64,000 nucleotides of DNA from Planctomycetota bacterium. GTDB taxonomy: Bacteria; Planctomycetota; B15-G4; SIAN01. Below are positions 19,930 through 29,945 of the stretch, one piece after another. The position numbers and the translations under genes were made by a program. The notes beneath the pieces were generated by a model, which was not told the DNA's origin, ran no database searches, and saw nothing but the letters and a program-made list of their open reading frames with translations. Location of the stretch: positions 96,001 to 160,000 of the forward strand of contig JANNXA010000040.1 in the NCBI GenBank assembly GCA_031409275.1, read 5' to 3'. Position 1 is the first letter of the stretch. Each line of letters opens with the position of its first letter.

Positions 19930-22900
19930 TCACTTGCGCGCCATGAGCAGCCACGCGAGCAGATCGCGAACCGCGGCATCGTCGAGCAGGTCGCCGAAAT
20001 TGTCCGGCATCAGGGAGAAGCGGCTGGGTCGCTCTTGGTCGAGCGCCGCCAAGGGCAGCGTCTGCTCGGCGCCGCGCTCGTCGACGTAGACCAGCACCTT
20101 CGCTTCGCGGCGGCGCACCAGCACCGAGAGGACGTCTCCGCTCTTCAGGAAGAGGTTCGTCCGCGCGAATTGCGGATCGACGTTGCGATTGGGATCGAGC
20201 AGATCCTCGAGCACGCGCTCGAAGCCGCGCAGGCGGACGCCATCGAGCTGCGGACCGATCGTGGCGCCGATGCCGCCGATGGCGTGGCAGCTCGCGCAGT
20301 TCCTGGTGAAGAGCTGGGCGCCGATCGCCGCGTCGCCGCCGAATCGCGCGAAGCTCTTCTTGCGAGCCGCGAGCAGCTTCACGCGCGCCTCGTCTTCGCT
20401 CGCGAGCCCCTTCGTCAGCGCCTCGATCCGCGCCGCGCCGTCCTGCGGCAGCGAAGCGACCAGCGCGTCCCGACACGCCGGCTTGGCGAGCAGCGCACGA
20501 GCGGCCTTGCCCTGCTCGACGAGTTCGATCAAGCGCTGCGCTCCCTCCGGTGCTCGCGCCCACGCCACCGCGATCGCGAGCTGCTGGCGGCTCGGGCAGA
20601 GTTCGACGGCGCGCGCCGCCACATCGGCCAGGAGCGACTCATCGGGCGCGACGCCGGGCGCCGACGGCGCGGCGAAATCAGCGAGCCCCGCCGCGATCGG
20701 CTCGATCAACTCGCGTGGCGCATCGGGATCGTCGAGCAACTCCGCCAACGCGCTGGCCACCGTCGGCCAACTCGGCCCGCGCGCCGATGCCAGCAGCGCC
20801 GCGGCGGCCGCGGCGCGCACCCTCGGCTCGGCGAGCGGTGAACGAAGCAGCGCCGCCAGCGGCGCTTCGAGCGAACCGTCGCGAAAGCGGCGCGCCACGT
20901 CGCATGCCGCGACCAGCTCGTCGCTCGTTTCCGCGGGCGAGCGCTCCGGCATCGCGACCACCGCCGGCTCGAAGCGACCGAGCGCGATCCATGCGTAGGC
21001 GTCGTAAGGATTGGCGTCGATCACCTCGAGGACCACCGCTCGACCCGCGGCCGCCGCGAGATCGAGTTCGACTCGCTGCGCCAGGTCGTTGCGCGGCGCG
21101 AGGAGCTCGGCAAGGAGCCTCGCATCCTCCGCATCGACGACGCGCACCTTGTTGAACGGAATCGCCGCGCGATCGGTCTCGCCGTTGTGGCCCGCGATCC
21201 AGAAGGCGAGCGTGGAGGGCGCCTCGAATGGCGGCGAGCGCAGTGCGCCGGTGCGCGCCTCGCCGCGCGGCAGGCTCGAGAGGAACGGCGCCTCGACACC
21301 ATCGGCGCTGCGGCGAACCTGCAGGCACCACGGGTTCGCGCTCTTGCCCGCGCCGGCGACCGCCTCGTTGCGCCACGCCGGTGCGCGCGCCTCGCGCTGC
21401 ACGAGCGCTGGAGCGATCAACGCCTCCGCCCAGCCTGAAAGCGCCGGGATCGGCGTCCCGCCGCGCGCCTCGAGCCCTTGCAGCATCGCCTGCAGCAGCG
21501 CGAGCTGCGTCGCTCGCTCGTCGCCGAAGCGCGCCTGCACGGCAGCGACCAGACGCGGCAGATCGCGCGGCGCGGCCTCGCGTGCCGCGTGTTCGAGCAG
21601 CGGCGTGATGCGCGCGCGATCCGTGAGCTTCAAGGCTTGCTCGATCAGGAAGCGACCCGCCGCTTCGCCGTGGAGCGCGAGCGCGAGTTCGACCACAGCG
21701 GCGCGCGTCGCCGCGTCGGGTGAAAGGTCGTCGACCCGATCGAGCGCACCGGGCAGATCGAGGTGGGCGCGCAACGCGAGCTTCAGCGCATGGCGCAACA
21801 TCGGGTCGTCGACCGAGACGCGGGCGAAGGCGTCGATCAGAGGGCCGAGCGCTGCGAGCGTCGGCAGCCGTTGCAGCGCATGGGCCGCGGCACGCACCAC
21901 GAACGGATCGGCGTCGCGCAGCGAAGCGATGAAGTCGCGTGAGTCGCGCGGAACCGCGAGGCTCCCGCCGCTGGCGCGACCGAAGAGACCGCGCGAATGC
22001 ACGCCCTCCACCACCGCGATCTCGGCGAACGCCTGCAGAGCCGTCCACTTCGGCAGCAGCGGCAGTTCGTCGGCGAGGCGGACGAGGTCGCTCGGGGCCA
22101 GTCGAAAGAGCGCCCACATCAGCATGGTCGCACGCTGGGGACTCGGTGGCGAGGCGTTGGCGGCGGCGGCGCGTTCTATGTGCCAGGCGCGAAGCGCCGT
22201 CACGACGGCCTCGGTCGCGAACTCGTCGCCGAGCCGATCGGTCAGCTCGTCGAGCGCCCGCATCCGCACGCCGAGGTTGCGGTCGTCGAATCGCGCGATC
22301 AAGCCGTCGACATCGGCGCGGCGCAGGTCGAGGCGCAGCGACGAGGCGTCGCCGCCCGGCGGCGCGATGCGCCAGATGCGGCCGCTGGTGCGATCGCGTC
22401 CCGGATGGTCGAGCGGTACCTCGTAGTGGCCGATGATGCGGTTGTAGAAGTCGGCGACGTAGAGCGCGCCGTCGGGCCCGATCTGCAGGTCGACCGGCCG
22501 GAACCACGGATCATCGCTGACCACGAGATCGGGCTGCTCGACGGCCATCGGCGTCGAACCATGCCATTCGAGGTGGTCGCGATGGACGCGACCGCTCATC
22601 ACGTTGCCGACGAAGAGGTCGCCTGAGTACTGCGGCGGGAAGGCGCCGCCCGTCTCGATGGCGAGGCCGCACAACGCCGTCGAGCCGTGCAGGTGCTTCA
22701 TCACCTGTGGCGCGAAGCCGAGCCCGTCGTGCGGCGCGCCGAAGCTCTCGTAGCAGGCGCCCTGCAGCAGCATGGTGATCGGCAGCGTGTGGCAGTCGGC
22801 GGTGAAGAGGTCGCCGCGCTCGTCGAACGCGCTGCCGAACGGGTTGACCTGGCCCTGCGTGAACTTCTCGATGTGCGAGCCGTCGAGCTTGAAGCGATAG

Positions 22901-23529
22901 GTATTGCCCGACTCGAGGTGCATCGACACGCCGTCGCGCCCTTTCACGTCGGTGATGTTGTTGTAGCCGTGGCATGCGTAGATCCAGCCATCGGCGCCGC
23001 GACGGAAGCTGTTGTTCAAGCCATGGGCGTCGCGCTGCCACCCCATCGGGCCGTAGAGGAGGGTGCGTCGATCGGCGCGGCCATCGCCATCGAGGTCGTC
23101 GAGGCGCCAGATGTTGGGGACCGAGAAGACGACGCAGCCATCGTGGCCCGCTTCATCGACCACTGGCAGCAGGCCGATCGGCACGTTCAGGTCTTCGGCG
23201 AAAACGATCGTCGTCTCCGCCACGCCATCGCCGTCGCGATCCTCGTGGAAGGTGAGCTTGTCGCGCCCCGTGAAGCCACGGTCGGGCCCCACCGGAACCG
23301 GGTACTCGGTCGAACTCGTGCACCAGAGCCGCCCGCGCGCGTCGAACGCGAGGTTCATCGGCTTCCAGATCTGCGGCTCCTGCACGAAGCAGGTGACCTG
23401 GAATCCGTCGGGCACATGGAGCTGCGCCTGCTCCTGCGCTGGCGCAAGCCATGGAGTCGGCCGGACATCGGCGGCGAAGGGGTCTTGAGCGAAGGCGAGG
23501 AACGCGACCCGCAACCGCCAACGATTCAT
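19930..23529 (-). CDS. PVC-type haem-binding CxxCH protein (membrane-bound dehydrogenase-like propeller plus cytochrome c)
   Basis: VPDGFQV..F..EP, FDARGRLW, DRDGDG repeats, WFRPVD, DFYNRIIGHYEV, HEAT-like middle, CASCH...IGPQLDG, SLMP. Start ATG 23529. Confidence 0.85.
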   Translation of the reverse strand: MNRWRLRVAFLAFAQDPFAADVRPTPWLAPAQEQAQLHVPDGFQVTCFVQEPQIWKPMNLAFDARGRLWCTSSTEYPVPVGPDRGFTGRDKLTFHEDRDGDGVAETTIVFAEDLNVPIGLLPVVDEAGHDGCVVFSVPNIWRLDDLDGDGRADRRTLLYGPMGWQRDAHGLNNSFRRGADGWIYACHGYNNITDVKGRDGVSMHLESGNTYRFKLDGSHIEKFTQGQVNPFGSAFDERGDLFTADCHTLPITMLLQGACYESFGAPHDGLGFAPQVMKHLHGSTALCGLAIETGGAFPPQYSGDLFVGNVMSGRVHRDHLEWHGSTPMAVEQPDLVVSDDPWFRPVDLQIGPDGALYVADFYNRIIGHYEVPLDHPGRDRTSGRIWRIAPPGGDASSLRLDLRRADVDGLIARFDDRNLGVRMRALDELTDRLGDEFATEAVVTALRAWHIERAAAANASPPSPQRATMLMWALFRLAPSDLVRLADELPLLPKWTALQAFAEIAVVEGVHSRGLFGRASGGSLAVPRDSRDFIASLRDADPFVVRAAAHALQRLPTLAALGPLIDAFARVSVDDPMLRHALKLALRAHLDLPGALDRVDDLSPDAATRAAVVELALALHGEAAGRFLIEQALKLTDRARITPLLEHAAREAAPRDLPRLVAAVQARFGDERATQLALLQAMLQGLEARGGTPIPALSGWAEALIAPALVQREARAPAWRNEAVAGAGKSANPWCLQVRRSADGVEAPFLSSLPRGEARTGALRSPPFEAPSTLAFWIAGHNGETDRAAIPFNKVRVVDAEDARLLAELLAPRNDLAQRVELDLAAAAGRAVVLEVIDANPYDAYAWIALGRFEPAVVAMPERSPAETSDELVAACDVARRFRDGSLEAPLAALLRSPLAEPRVRAAAAAALLASARGPSWPTVASALAELLDDPDAPRELIEPIAAGLADFAAPSAPGVAPDESLLADVAARAVELCPSRQQLAIAVAWARAPEGAQRLIELVEQGKAARALLAKPACRDALVASLPQDGAARIEALTKGLASEDEARVKLLAARKKSFARFGGDAAIGAQLFTRNCASCHAIGGIGATIGPQLDGVRLRGFERVLEDLLDPNRNVDPQFARTNLFLKSGDVLSVLVRRREAKVLVYVDERGAEQTLPLAALDQERPSRFSLMPDNFGDLLDDAAVRDLLAWLLMARK

Positions 23530-23596
23530 CGCGCGACTCCGCAGACACGCCACGGGCAACGCGTGGCCGCGCGGCTGGTTCGCTGCGCGCGCCCGC

Positions 23597-25015
23597 TCAG
23601 CCGAACAGGAAGCGCTGGCCGCGGCCGATCTCTTCCGCGACTTCGCGCAGGAAGCCGTCGAGTCGGCGATCGGTCGCGCGCAGCGCATCGATCTTCGCCT
23701 TCGCGTAAGGGTGAACCGACGGCGACAGCGGACCGAGCCACCGGCGCACCGTGGCGCGCTGCAAGGCGAACACTTCGAACGCGAAGTAGATCGCGAGGTG
23801 GCGGCCGAGCGCGGCGGCGCGCGTGCGCGAGCCGCTGACCAGCTCCTCGCGTGGAGCGCCGACGAACTGCGCACACCGCTCGAGCACGCGATCGAACGGC
23901 TCGGGACCGCCCGCTTGCGGCACCAAGGCGCGCACCAGATCGTCGAGCTCAGCCCGCGTCGGCGTGCGGCCCAACGACTTCGCGCGCTCGCGTGAGGCCA
24001 GCAACAGCGAAATGGCGCTCGCCAACGGGACTTCGGTCGCTGCCGCGAGCTCCTCCGCCAGCGCGGCGAGCGTGCCGCGTGCGCTGCCGATGCGCGCGGT
24101 CAGGATCTCCGCGCGCGACGCCGCTGACCACTGCGGAATGGCGAGACGGAGCCCTTGTCGCAAGAACGAGCGCAGGGACGGCAGGAACTCGCGCGGACCG
24201 CCCTCGAGCGGCCGACCCGCCACCACCACCGGCCGCCCGCGCGCGCGCAGGTAGCTGAACATCTCGACGAGCTGCTCCTGGCAGATCAACTTGCCTGCGA
24301 GTTCATGGATGTCGTCGAAGACGAGTCCGTCGCACGCCACCACCGAGCCGCGGAACGCCGCGCGCTGACGATCGAGGCAGGCCGAGGCGAACGAGCGGAA
24401 GAACGGTTCGCCGCGCTCGCGCTGCCAGCGCTCGTGCGGATGGCGACGGCGGCGCTGCCACACCAACGTCTCGAGCAGCAGCGACTTGCCGACCCCCTCC
24501 GGACCTTCGAGGTAGATCTGGTCGAACTCCGCCTGCGGGTCGCGCGCCAGCCGCAGCAGCGCCTCCGCGGCGAGGCGATTCTCGGAGCGCGTGACCAGGC
24601 TGACCACCGGCGCCTTCGGCGGCGGCGCCCGCAGCCCGAGCGCGCGCAGGGCGCCACCAAGGCTCTGGTCCAGTTCGATGCGAACGCGCAGCACGCTGCC
24701 CGCCAGCGCTCGCAGCTCCGCTTCGAGGCGGGGCGCCACCTGCGTGCGCAACGGCATCAGCGCCTTCGCGCTGCGGGTCACCAGTTCGAGCGCACCATCG
24801 CGGAGCGCACGCGGTTCGAGGCGGGCGAGCCACGGCATCAACGGGCCGGCGAGCGCACCGCTCGCGACGCGCGACAGCAATGCCTGCCAGAGCTGGTCGA
24901 CGAGCTCGAGGGCAGGATCTCCGGCGACCGTCGCGGCGTGGGAGCGCCCGGCCGCGCGCCATGGCGCCGGCACCGACAACTTGGCCTGGCCGGCCCCGTT
25001 TCCCCCTCGTTCCAA
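23597..25015 (-). CDS. Divergent DnaA-like protein (DnaA/Hda family)
   Basis: Domain I-like W...L...PWL..L, Walker A GPEGVGKS, Walker B LVFDDIH, C-terminal SGSRTR...RHLAIY. Start uncertain. Confidence 0.75.
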   Translation of the reverse strand: MERGGNGAGQAKLSVPAPWRAAGRSHAATVAGDPALELVDQLWQALLSRVASGALAGPLMPWLARLEPRALRDGALELVTRSAKALMPLRTQVAPRLEAELRALAGSVLRVRIELDQSLGGALRALGLRAPPPKAPVVSLVTRSENRLAAEALLRLARDPQAEFDQIYLEGPEGVGKSLLLETLVWQRRRRHPHERWQRERGEPFFRSFASACLDRQRAAFRGSVVACDGLVFDDIHELAGKLICQEQLVEMFSYLRARGRPVVVAGRPLEGGPREFLPSLRSFLRQGLRLAIPQWSAASRAEILTARIGSARGTLAALAEELAAATEVPLASAISLLLASRERAKSLGRTPTRAELDDLVRALVPQAGGPEPFDRVLERCAQFVGAPREELVSGSRTRAAALGRHLAIYFAFEVFALQRATVRRWLGPLSPSVHPYAKAKIDALRATDRRLDGFLREVAEEIGRGQRFLFG

Positions 25016-25102
25016 GCCGTCTTCCCCGTGCCGCCGTCCAGGACCGTCGATTCGTTCCGTCGTCGCGCTCTCAATCTCCCGCGATCGCCGCCGCTCGCGA
25101 TC

Positions 25103-28100
25103 TCAGCCGCCCGCGATCGACCGTTCGAGCGCTTCGATGCGCGGCAGATCGGGCGCCAGCTTGCGCGCCTCCTCGACCGCCTGCAACGCCAGCTCCCGTT
25201 CGCCCGCCTGGGCCCGCAACTCGCCGATGTCGAGCAGGATCTCGGCGCGCTCGCGCGCCTCGGCCGGATCGCCGTTCCCATCGGCTCCAGCCGCTGCCGC
25301 CGCGCGGGCGGGATCGTAGTCCGCCTCAGTGGAGGGGTCAATCTGCAGCGCGACTTCGAGCAGCGCCAACGCGCGCGCCGGTTCCTTCAGTTGCCGCTCG
25401 CAACGCGCGAGGTCGCGCCACACCTCGCGGTTGAACGGGTCGATCATGCGCAGGTCCTGGAGCCAGCGCGCCGCGCCGCTCCACTCCTCGCGTTCGAGCG
25501 CTCGACGCGCGAGCAGCTGCCGCGCCTGCACATCGGAACCATCGATCTCGCAGAACGCTTCGAGCTCAAGGAACGACTCGTCCTCGCGATCGAGCTCGCG
25601 CAGCAGCCGAGCGCGCAACAGGTAGGGGTTGTTCTCGCCCACGAAGCGGGGAAAGCACGTCCTGGCGCGCAACAGCAGATCGAGCAGCCGTTCGCGAACC
25701 GCCTTGCCGGCGGCGTCGAGTTCGCTCTTCGGATCGCCGTCGACCGCCGCTTCCGCGGTCGCGCCTGGCGGCGGCGAAGGTGCGCCGCCGTGCGCGGCCC
25801 CCGGCCGTCGTCCGCCGAGACCTTCCTTGCTGGCGAGCAGCTGCGAGTAGCGCAGCAGCGCGAAGAACTCCTCGCCGCCCGCCGCCAGTCCGACCTCGAA
25901 CTCGCGCAGCGCCTCGTCGGTTCGCCGCCCCTGCAACGCCCGTTCGGCCAGCAGGAAATGGGCGGCCGGCAACTTCGCGTCCCGCGCCAGCGCCTGGTTC
26001 AGGAAGTCGTCGCGATCGACGGGTCGACCGGCGGCGTGGTAGGCCCACGCGACCTGCGCGAGCAGATCGGCCGGTGCGACTTCCTGTGCGCGCACGCGAT
26101 CGAGCAAACGGCGCCGCCCCGCCTCGGTGTAGGTCGGCTGCACCTTCATCGCGGCGATCTTCGTCCGCTCGAGCCAGGCGAGGAACTGCCGATCGAGCTC
26201 TTCGCAGCTCATGCCCAGCACCGACTGCACCGCGCCGGGCGTCTCGGCATCGTCGGCGAACTGGCGCAGCATCTCGACGAGGACCGCTTCGCCGCGAAGC
26301 TCGACCAGGAAGTCGCACAGCAGACCGCCCTGGTAGTAGCCGAACAGGATCTTCGGCCCGCCGAAGACGCGATTGAGTTCGCGTACCGGCACGATCTCGC
26401 CACTGTGCCAGTAGTTGTAGAGATCGAGGTCCATCTCGCGATCGCCGGTGGGCGCGTAGATGTGCTCCTCGTGGACCGAGATCCCTTCGGTCAGCCAACG
26501 CGGCACCTTGTTCTTCGACAGCCCGAGCGTCACGACGTGGGCGAGTTCATGCACCGCGGTCTTGTCGAACTCGAACTGTCCGCGAAACTCCGAGCGCGGC
26601 GACAGCAGCGTGAAGACGTCCCCGAAGCAGACGCCAAGCGCGCCAAAGCCGGTGAACCCGACGGTGCGCGCCGAGAAGTCGGGATGCCGCGGAAAACACT
26701 CGATGCGAACTTCGCGGCGCGGGTCGAATTCCCAACGCTTGCACAGGTCGGGCCACGCGCGCCCGTACGCCTCCTCCAGCACCGGCACCAGCACCGGCGC
26801 GTCGAGCGGGTGCATCACATAGGTGAACGTGCCGCGCCGCAATTCGACGAACCCCGCCAGGCGTTGCAGGGCGATCGAAACGTTGTCGGCCAGCGCGTAC
26901 GGCACGCGATCGGTGCGGCGGAACTCCTTCATCGCGTCGATCGCGCCGCGCAGATCGCCGGTGTTCACCAGGCAACGCGCGAGACCGACCCAGCTGTAGC
27001 TCCAGGTCGGGTCGTTCTGTAGCGAGCGGCGATAGAGCGGGATCGCCTCGCGGAAGCGATAGAGGTAGGCCAGGATGTCGGCGAATCGGCCGACGTGCTC
27101 TCCGTCGTCCGGCTGCTGCTCGACGAGCGCCGCGAGGACCTTCTGCGCTTCCGGCTTGCGGCCGAGCACCCACAAGGCCGCCGCCTGCACGGAACGAGCC
27201 GCGGCGTGGCGCGGGTTCTCGCGCAGCGCGCGCTCGGCGGCATCGAGCCCTTCCGCGGCGCGCTGATCGAAGAGCAGGATCTCGCCGCGCACGGCCCACG
27301 CGTCGGGGTGGCGCTCGTTGGTGACGAGCGCCTCCTTGATCGCCTCGTCCGCCTCGCCCGACTCGTAGCGGAAGATGCGCGCGCGGGCGAGTTCGACCTG
27401 CGCCGGCACGTTCGCCCGATCGAGGCCGAGCGCATCGCGCAGGACGGCGATGGCCGGCAGGTTGTCGCCGCCGGAATGGCCGACGCGATAGGTGCGACCG
27501 AGCAGGAACAGGACATCCGCATGCCGCGGGTCGCTCTTGTCGCGGAAGTAGCGATCGAGCGCGACGAGCTGCTCGGCGGCGCGCTCGTGCTGGCGCAACG
27601 CCACCAATGCGCGCGCCGATTCGAGCGCGTAGGCCGGATCGGTGGCCGCTTCAGGCGTGTCCTTCAGCGTCCGCGCGAAGTGGTCGGCTGCGGCCGCGCG
27701 GCGTCCGCTGCCAACCATCAGGATCACCAAGCGGCTGTGCAGCGGTGCGACCGCGCGATCCTGCGCCTCGCTTCCGTCGATCCCGAATTCGAGCGCCGAC
27801 TGCGCCGCGTCCGTGTCGCCGCGCTCGACGGCGAGGTCGAACGCAGCGATCGACCACGCGACTTTCGCGAAGCGATCGACGAACGTCCCCGCGCGTGCCA
27901 GCGCAACGTCGGCCGCCGCATCCTCGTAGCGACCGCGCCGCCGTGCGAGCGTCGCGCGCAGCGTCAGTGCCCGCACCGAACCGGGGAAATCGGCGAGGTA
28001 CTCGTCGAGCGGCTCCGCCGTGTCACGACCGAGTTGGCCGCGCGCGATCGCCGCCTCGTAGCTCTTGAGCTCGGCGAGGTCATCGGCCGTCTCCTGCGCC

Positions 28101-28204
28101 GACGCTGAGGCGGGCCGTTGCGAATCCTGCGCCGCGCTCACCGTGGCGAACGGAGCGACGAGCAGCGCGGTGAACAGAGCGCCGGCGCGGAAGCGGAGTC
28201 TCAT
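25103..28204 (-). CDS. Secreted TPR-repeat protein with a gluzincin (peptidase MA-like) domain
   Basis: Signal peptide, many TPR-like helices, HELAH zinc motif followed by PRWLTEGISVHEE. Confidence 0.8.
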   Translation of the reverse strand: MRLRFRAGALFTALLVAPFATVSAAQDSQRPASASAQETADDLAELKSYEAAIARGQLGRDTAEPLDEYLADFPGSVRALTLRATLARRRGRYEDAAADVALARAGTFVDRFAKVAWSIAAFDLAVERGDTDAAQSALEFGIDGSEAQDRAVAPLHSRLVILMVGSGRRAAAADHFARTLKDTPEAATDPAYALESARALVALRQHERAAEQLVALDRYFRDKSDPRHADVLFLLGRTYRVGHSGGDNLPAIAVLRDALGLDRANVPAQVELARARIFRYESGEADEAIKEALVTNERHPDAWAVRGEILLFDQRAAEGLDAAERALRENPRHAAARSVQAAALWVLGRKPEAQKVLAALVEQQPDDGEHVGRFADILAYLYRFREAIPLYRRSLQNDPTWSYSWVGLARCLVNTGDLRGAIDAMKEFRRTDRVPYALADNVSIALQRLAGFVELRRGTFTYVMHPLDAPVLVPVLEEAYGRAWPDLCKRWEFDPRREVRIECFPRHPDFSARTVGFTGFGALGVCFGDVFTLLSPRSEFRGQFEFDKTAVHELAHVVTLGLSKNKVPRWLTEGISVHEEHIYAPTGDREMDLDLYNYWHSGEIVPVRELNRVFGGPKILFGYYQGGLLCDFLVELRGEAVLVEMLRQFADDAETPGAVQSVLGMSCEELDRQFLAWLERTKIAAMKVQPTYTEAGRRRLLDRVRAQEVAPADLLAQVAWAYHAAGRPVDRDDFLNQALARDAKLPAAHFLLAERALQGRRTDEALREFEVGLAAGGEEFFALLRYSQLLASKEGLGGRRPGAAHGGAPSPPPGATAEAAVDGDPKSELDAAGKAVRERLLDLLLRARTCFPRFVGENNPYLLRARLLRELDREDESFLELEAFCEIDGSDVQARQLLARRALEREEWSGAARWLQDLRMIDPFNREVWRDLARCERQLKEPARALALLEVALQIDPSTEADYDPARAAAAAGADGNGDPAEARERAEILLDIGELRAQAGERELALQAVEEARKLAPDLPRIEALERSIAGG

Positions 28205-28217
28205 GCGGGTCTGCTCC

Positions 28218-28682
28218 TCAAGCGTCCCGACGCGGCTGAAAGGAGCCGGGGTCGCCGACCCAGGCCGTGCCGTCGCGGAACTCCTCCTGCTTCCAGATCG
28301 GGGCTTTCGTCTTGAGGGTGTCGATCACCTCGCGGCATGCCGCGAACGCCTCGCCGCGATGCGGGGCAGCGACGACCACCGCCACCGAAGCTTCGCCAAG
28401 CGGACAATCGCCGAGTCGGTGCATCACCGCCACTTTCGCCCCTGCAAACCGCGCCTGCGCCGCCGCGACGATCTCTGCGATCACCCGATCGGCCATCTCG
28501 GGGTACGCCTCGTAGCGCAGGAGGTTCACCTCCTTGCCTTCCGAGTGGCGGCGAGCGGTGCCGAGGAAGGTGCAGATCGCCCCCGCTTCGACATCGGCTA
28601 CCTGCGCGGTCAGTGCGCCGACGTCGATCGGCGCTCGAGTCAGGTGGTGCCACTGCTTCCGCGCATCGGGCGCAACCGTCAT
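28218..28682 (-). CDS. moaE: Molybdopterin synthase catalytic subunit
   Basis: GAICTFLGTAR, YEAYPEMA, HRLG, PHRGEAF, LKTKAPIWKQE. Confidence 0.95.
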   Translation of the reverse strand: MTVAPDARKQWHHLTRAPIDVGALTAQVADVEAGAICTFLGTARRHSEGKEVNLLRYEAYPEMADRVIAEIVAAAQARFAGAKVAVMHRLGDCPLGEASVAVVVAAPHRGEAFAACREVIDTLKTKAPIWKQEEFRDGTAWVGDPGSFQPRRDA

Positions 28683-28718
28683 CTTCGTCCCTCGCACCGC
28701 GATCCGCTCGGCGCGCGC

Positions 28719-28961
28719 TCAGCCGCCGGAGAGCGGTGGCAGCAGCGCGACTTCATCCCCATCTGAAAGCACTTCGTCGGCACGCACGACGGCCTGGTTG
28801 CGCGCGACCACGTACGGCACGGAGCGCAGGAACGGATGGTCGCGCTCGAGCCGCTGCACGAGCGCACCGACCGTGAGTGGCGCCTCCAGATCGAGCAGCG
28901 GCCACTCCCTCGTGCCGGCTCGCTCCGCGATGCCGGCGAAGAGCAGCACGCGCAAGTTCAC
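28719..28961 (-). CDS. moaD: Molybdopterin synthase sulfur carrier subunit
   Basis: 80 aa; VLLFA...DGDEVALLPPLSGG with C-terminal GG. Confidence 0.95.
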   Translation of the reverse strand: MNLRVLLFAGIAERAGTREWPLLDLEAPLTVGALVQRLERDHPFLRSVPYVVARNQAVVRADEVLSDGDEVALLPPLSGG

Positions 28962-28982
28962 GATCGACGCTCCATGGCCCGC

Positions 28983-29465
28983 TCAGAACGGCAGGTCGTC
29001 TTCCTGCGTCTGGGCCGGCGGGGCGTCATGGCGCATGGCGCCACCGCCACCACCGCCGCCGCCGTCGAACGACTCCGAAGGCGGACCACCCTGGTCGCCC
29101 TCGTCGTTGGTCGTCGTGCGGCCACCCCCACCCGCGGCACCGCCGCCGAGGAACTGGAAGTTGTCCGCCACGACGCGCATGGTCGTCCGTTTCTGGCCCT
29201 GTTTGTCGGTCCAGTCGTTCTGCTGCAGGCGTCCTTCGATGAAGAGTTCACGCCCCTTGGTGACGTACTTCTTCACCGTCTCCGCGCCGCGCCCGAAGAC
29301 GCTGACGTCGATGTAGAGGACCTCTTCCTTCTTCTCTTCCTTGCTGCGGTAGGTGTGGTTGACCGCCATGCGCAGTTGCGCGACGGCCATCCCCGCCGGC
29401 GTGTAGCGCAGCTCAGGGTCCTTGGTGAGGCGTCCGATCAGCAGGATCTTGTTCAGCTCGGCCAT
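28983..29465 (-). CDS. ssb: Single-stranded DNA-binding protein
   Basis: NKILLIGRLTKDPELRYT, Gly-rich linker, C-terminal DDLPF. Confidence 0.97.
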   Translation of the reverse strand: MAELNKILLIGRLTKDPELRYTPAGMAVAQLRMAVNHTYRSKEEKKEEVLYIDVSVFGRGAETVKKYVTKGRELFIEGRLQQNDWTDKQGQKRTTMRVVADNFQFLGGGAAGGGGRTTTNDEGDQGGPPSESFDGGGGGGGGAMRHDAPPAQTQEDDLPF

Positions 29466-29567
29466 GGCCGTCGCTCCTTGAAGTCGCGGGATCTTACGAG
29501 GCGCCGCCCAAACTGCTTCAGCCTGCCGCGTCCGGATGCCGAAAGCCCGCGGACGAGGCGTCTACCG

Positions 29568-29945
29568 ATGCACGGCCCTCCCGACAGGAATCGTCGTTCG
29601 CCGGTGCCGGTGACGGCCGCCGCGGTGGCGCCACGTCCGGAGGGACCCGCCGAGCTGCGCGAGCTGACGGCGGCAGGGCTTCGCTGCCGGACCGAGTCGC
29701 CCTGGCGTGAACTCACGCGAGTCCGGCTTGCGCTGCGAGTTCCGCAGGGCCCGGCGACGACGCCGACCTTCGAGCAGATCGAGGTGGAGGGCGTCGTCGT
29801 CGGCTGCGAACCGCTGCCGGGCGCGGAGAGTCGTTTCGACGTCGTGCTGATGTTCGATCGCCTCGGGCCGCGCGGGCGCGAGCGCCTCGTCGCGCGCGTG
29901 GCGCCCGCGCTCCACGAGGGCGCGCTCACGGGCGCCGGCCGCTGA
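29568..29945 (+). CDS. Small PilZ-like domain protein
   Basis: RNRRSPVPV, ELTAAGLRC (cf. DxSxxG), VEGVVV...VVLMF. Fills the gap between ssb and prmC. Confidence 0.55.
   Translation: MHGPPDRNRRSPVPVTAAAVAPRPEGPAELRELTAAGLRCRTESPWRELTRVRLALRVPQGPATTPTFEQIEVEGVVVGCEPLPGAESRFDVVLMFDRLGPRGRERLVARVAPALHEGALTGAGR

Noticed and set aside
24155..27022. 955-aa plus-strand ORF
   Set aside because: Antisense to the dnaA-like and TPR-peptidase genes; no recognisable motifs.
29040..29150. CCA/CCG trinucleotide runs
   Set aside because: They simply encode the Gly-rich SSB linker.
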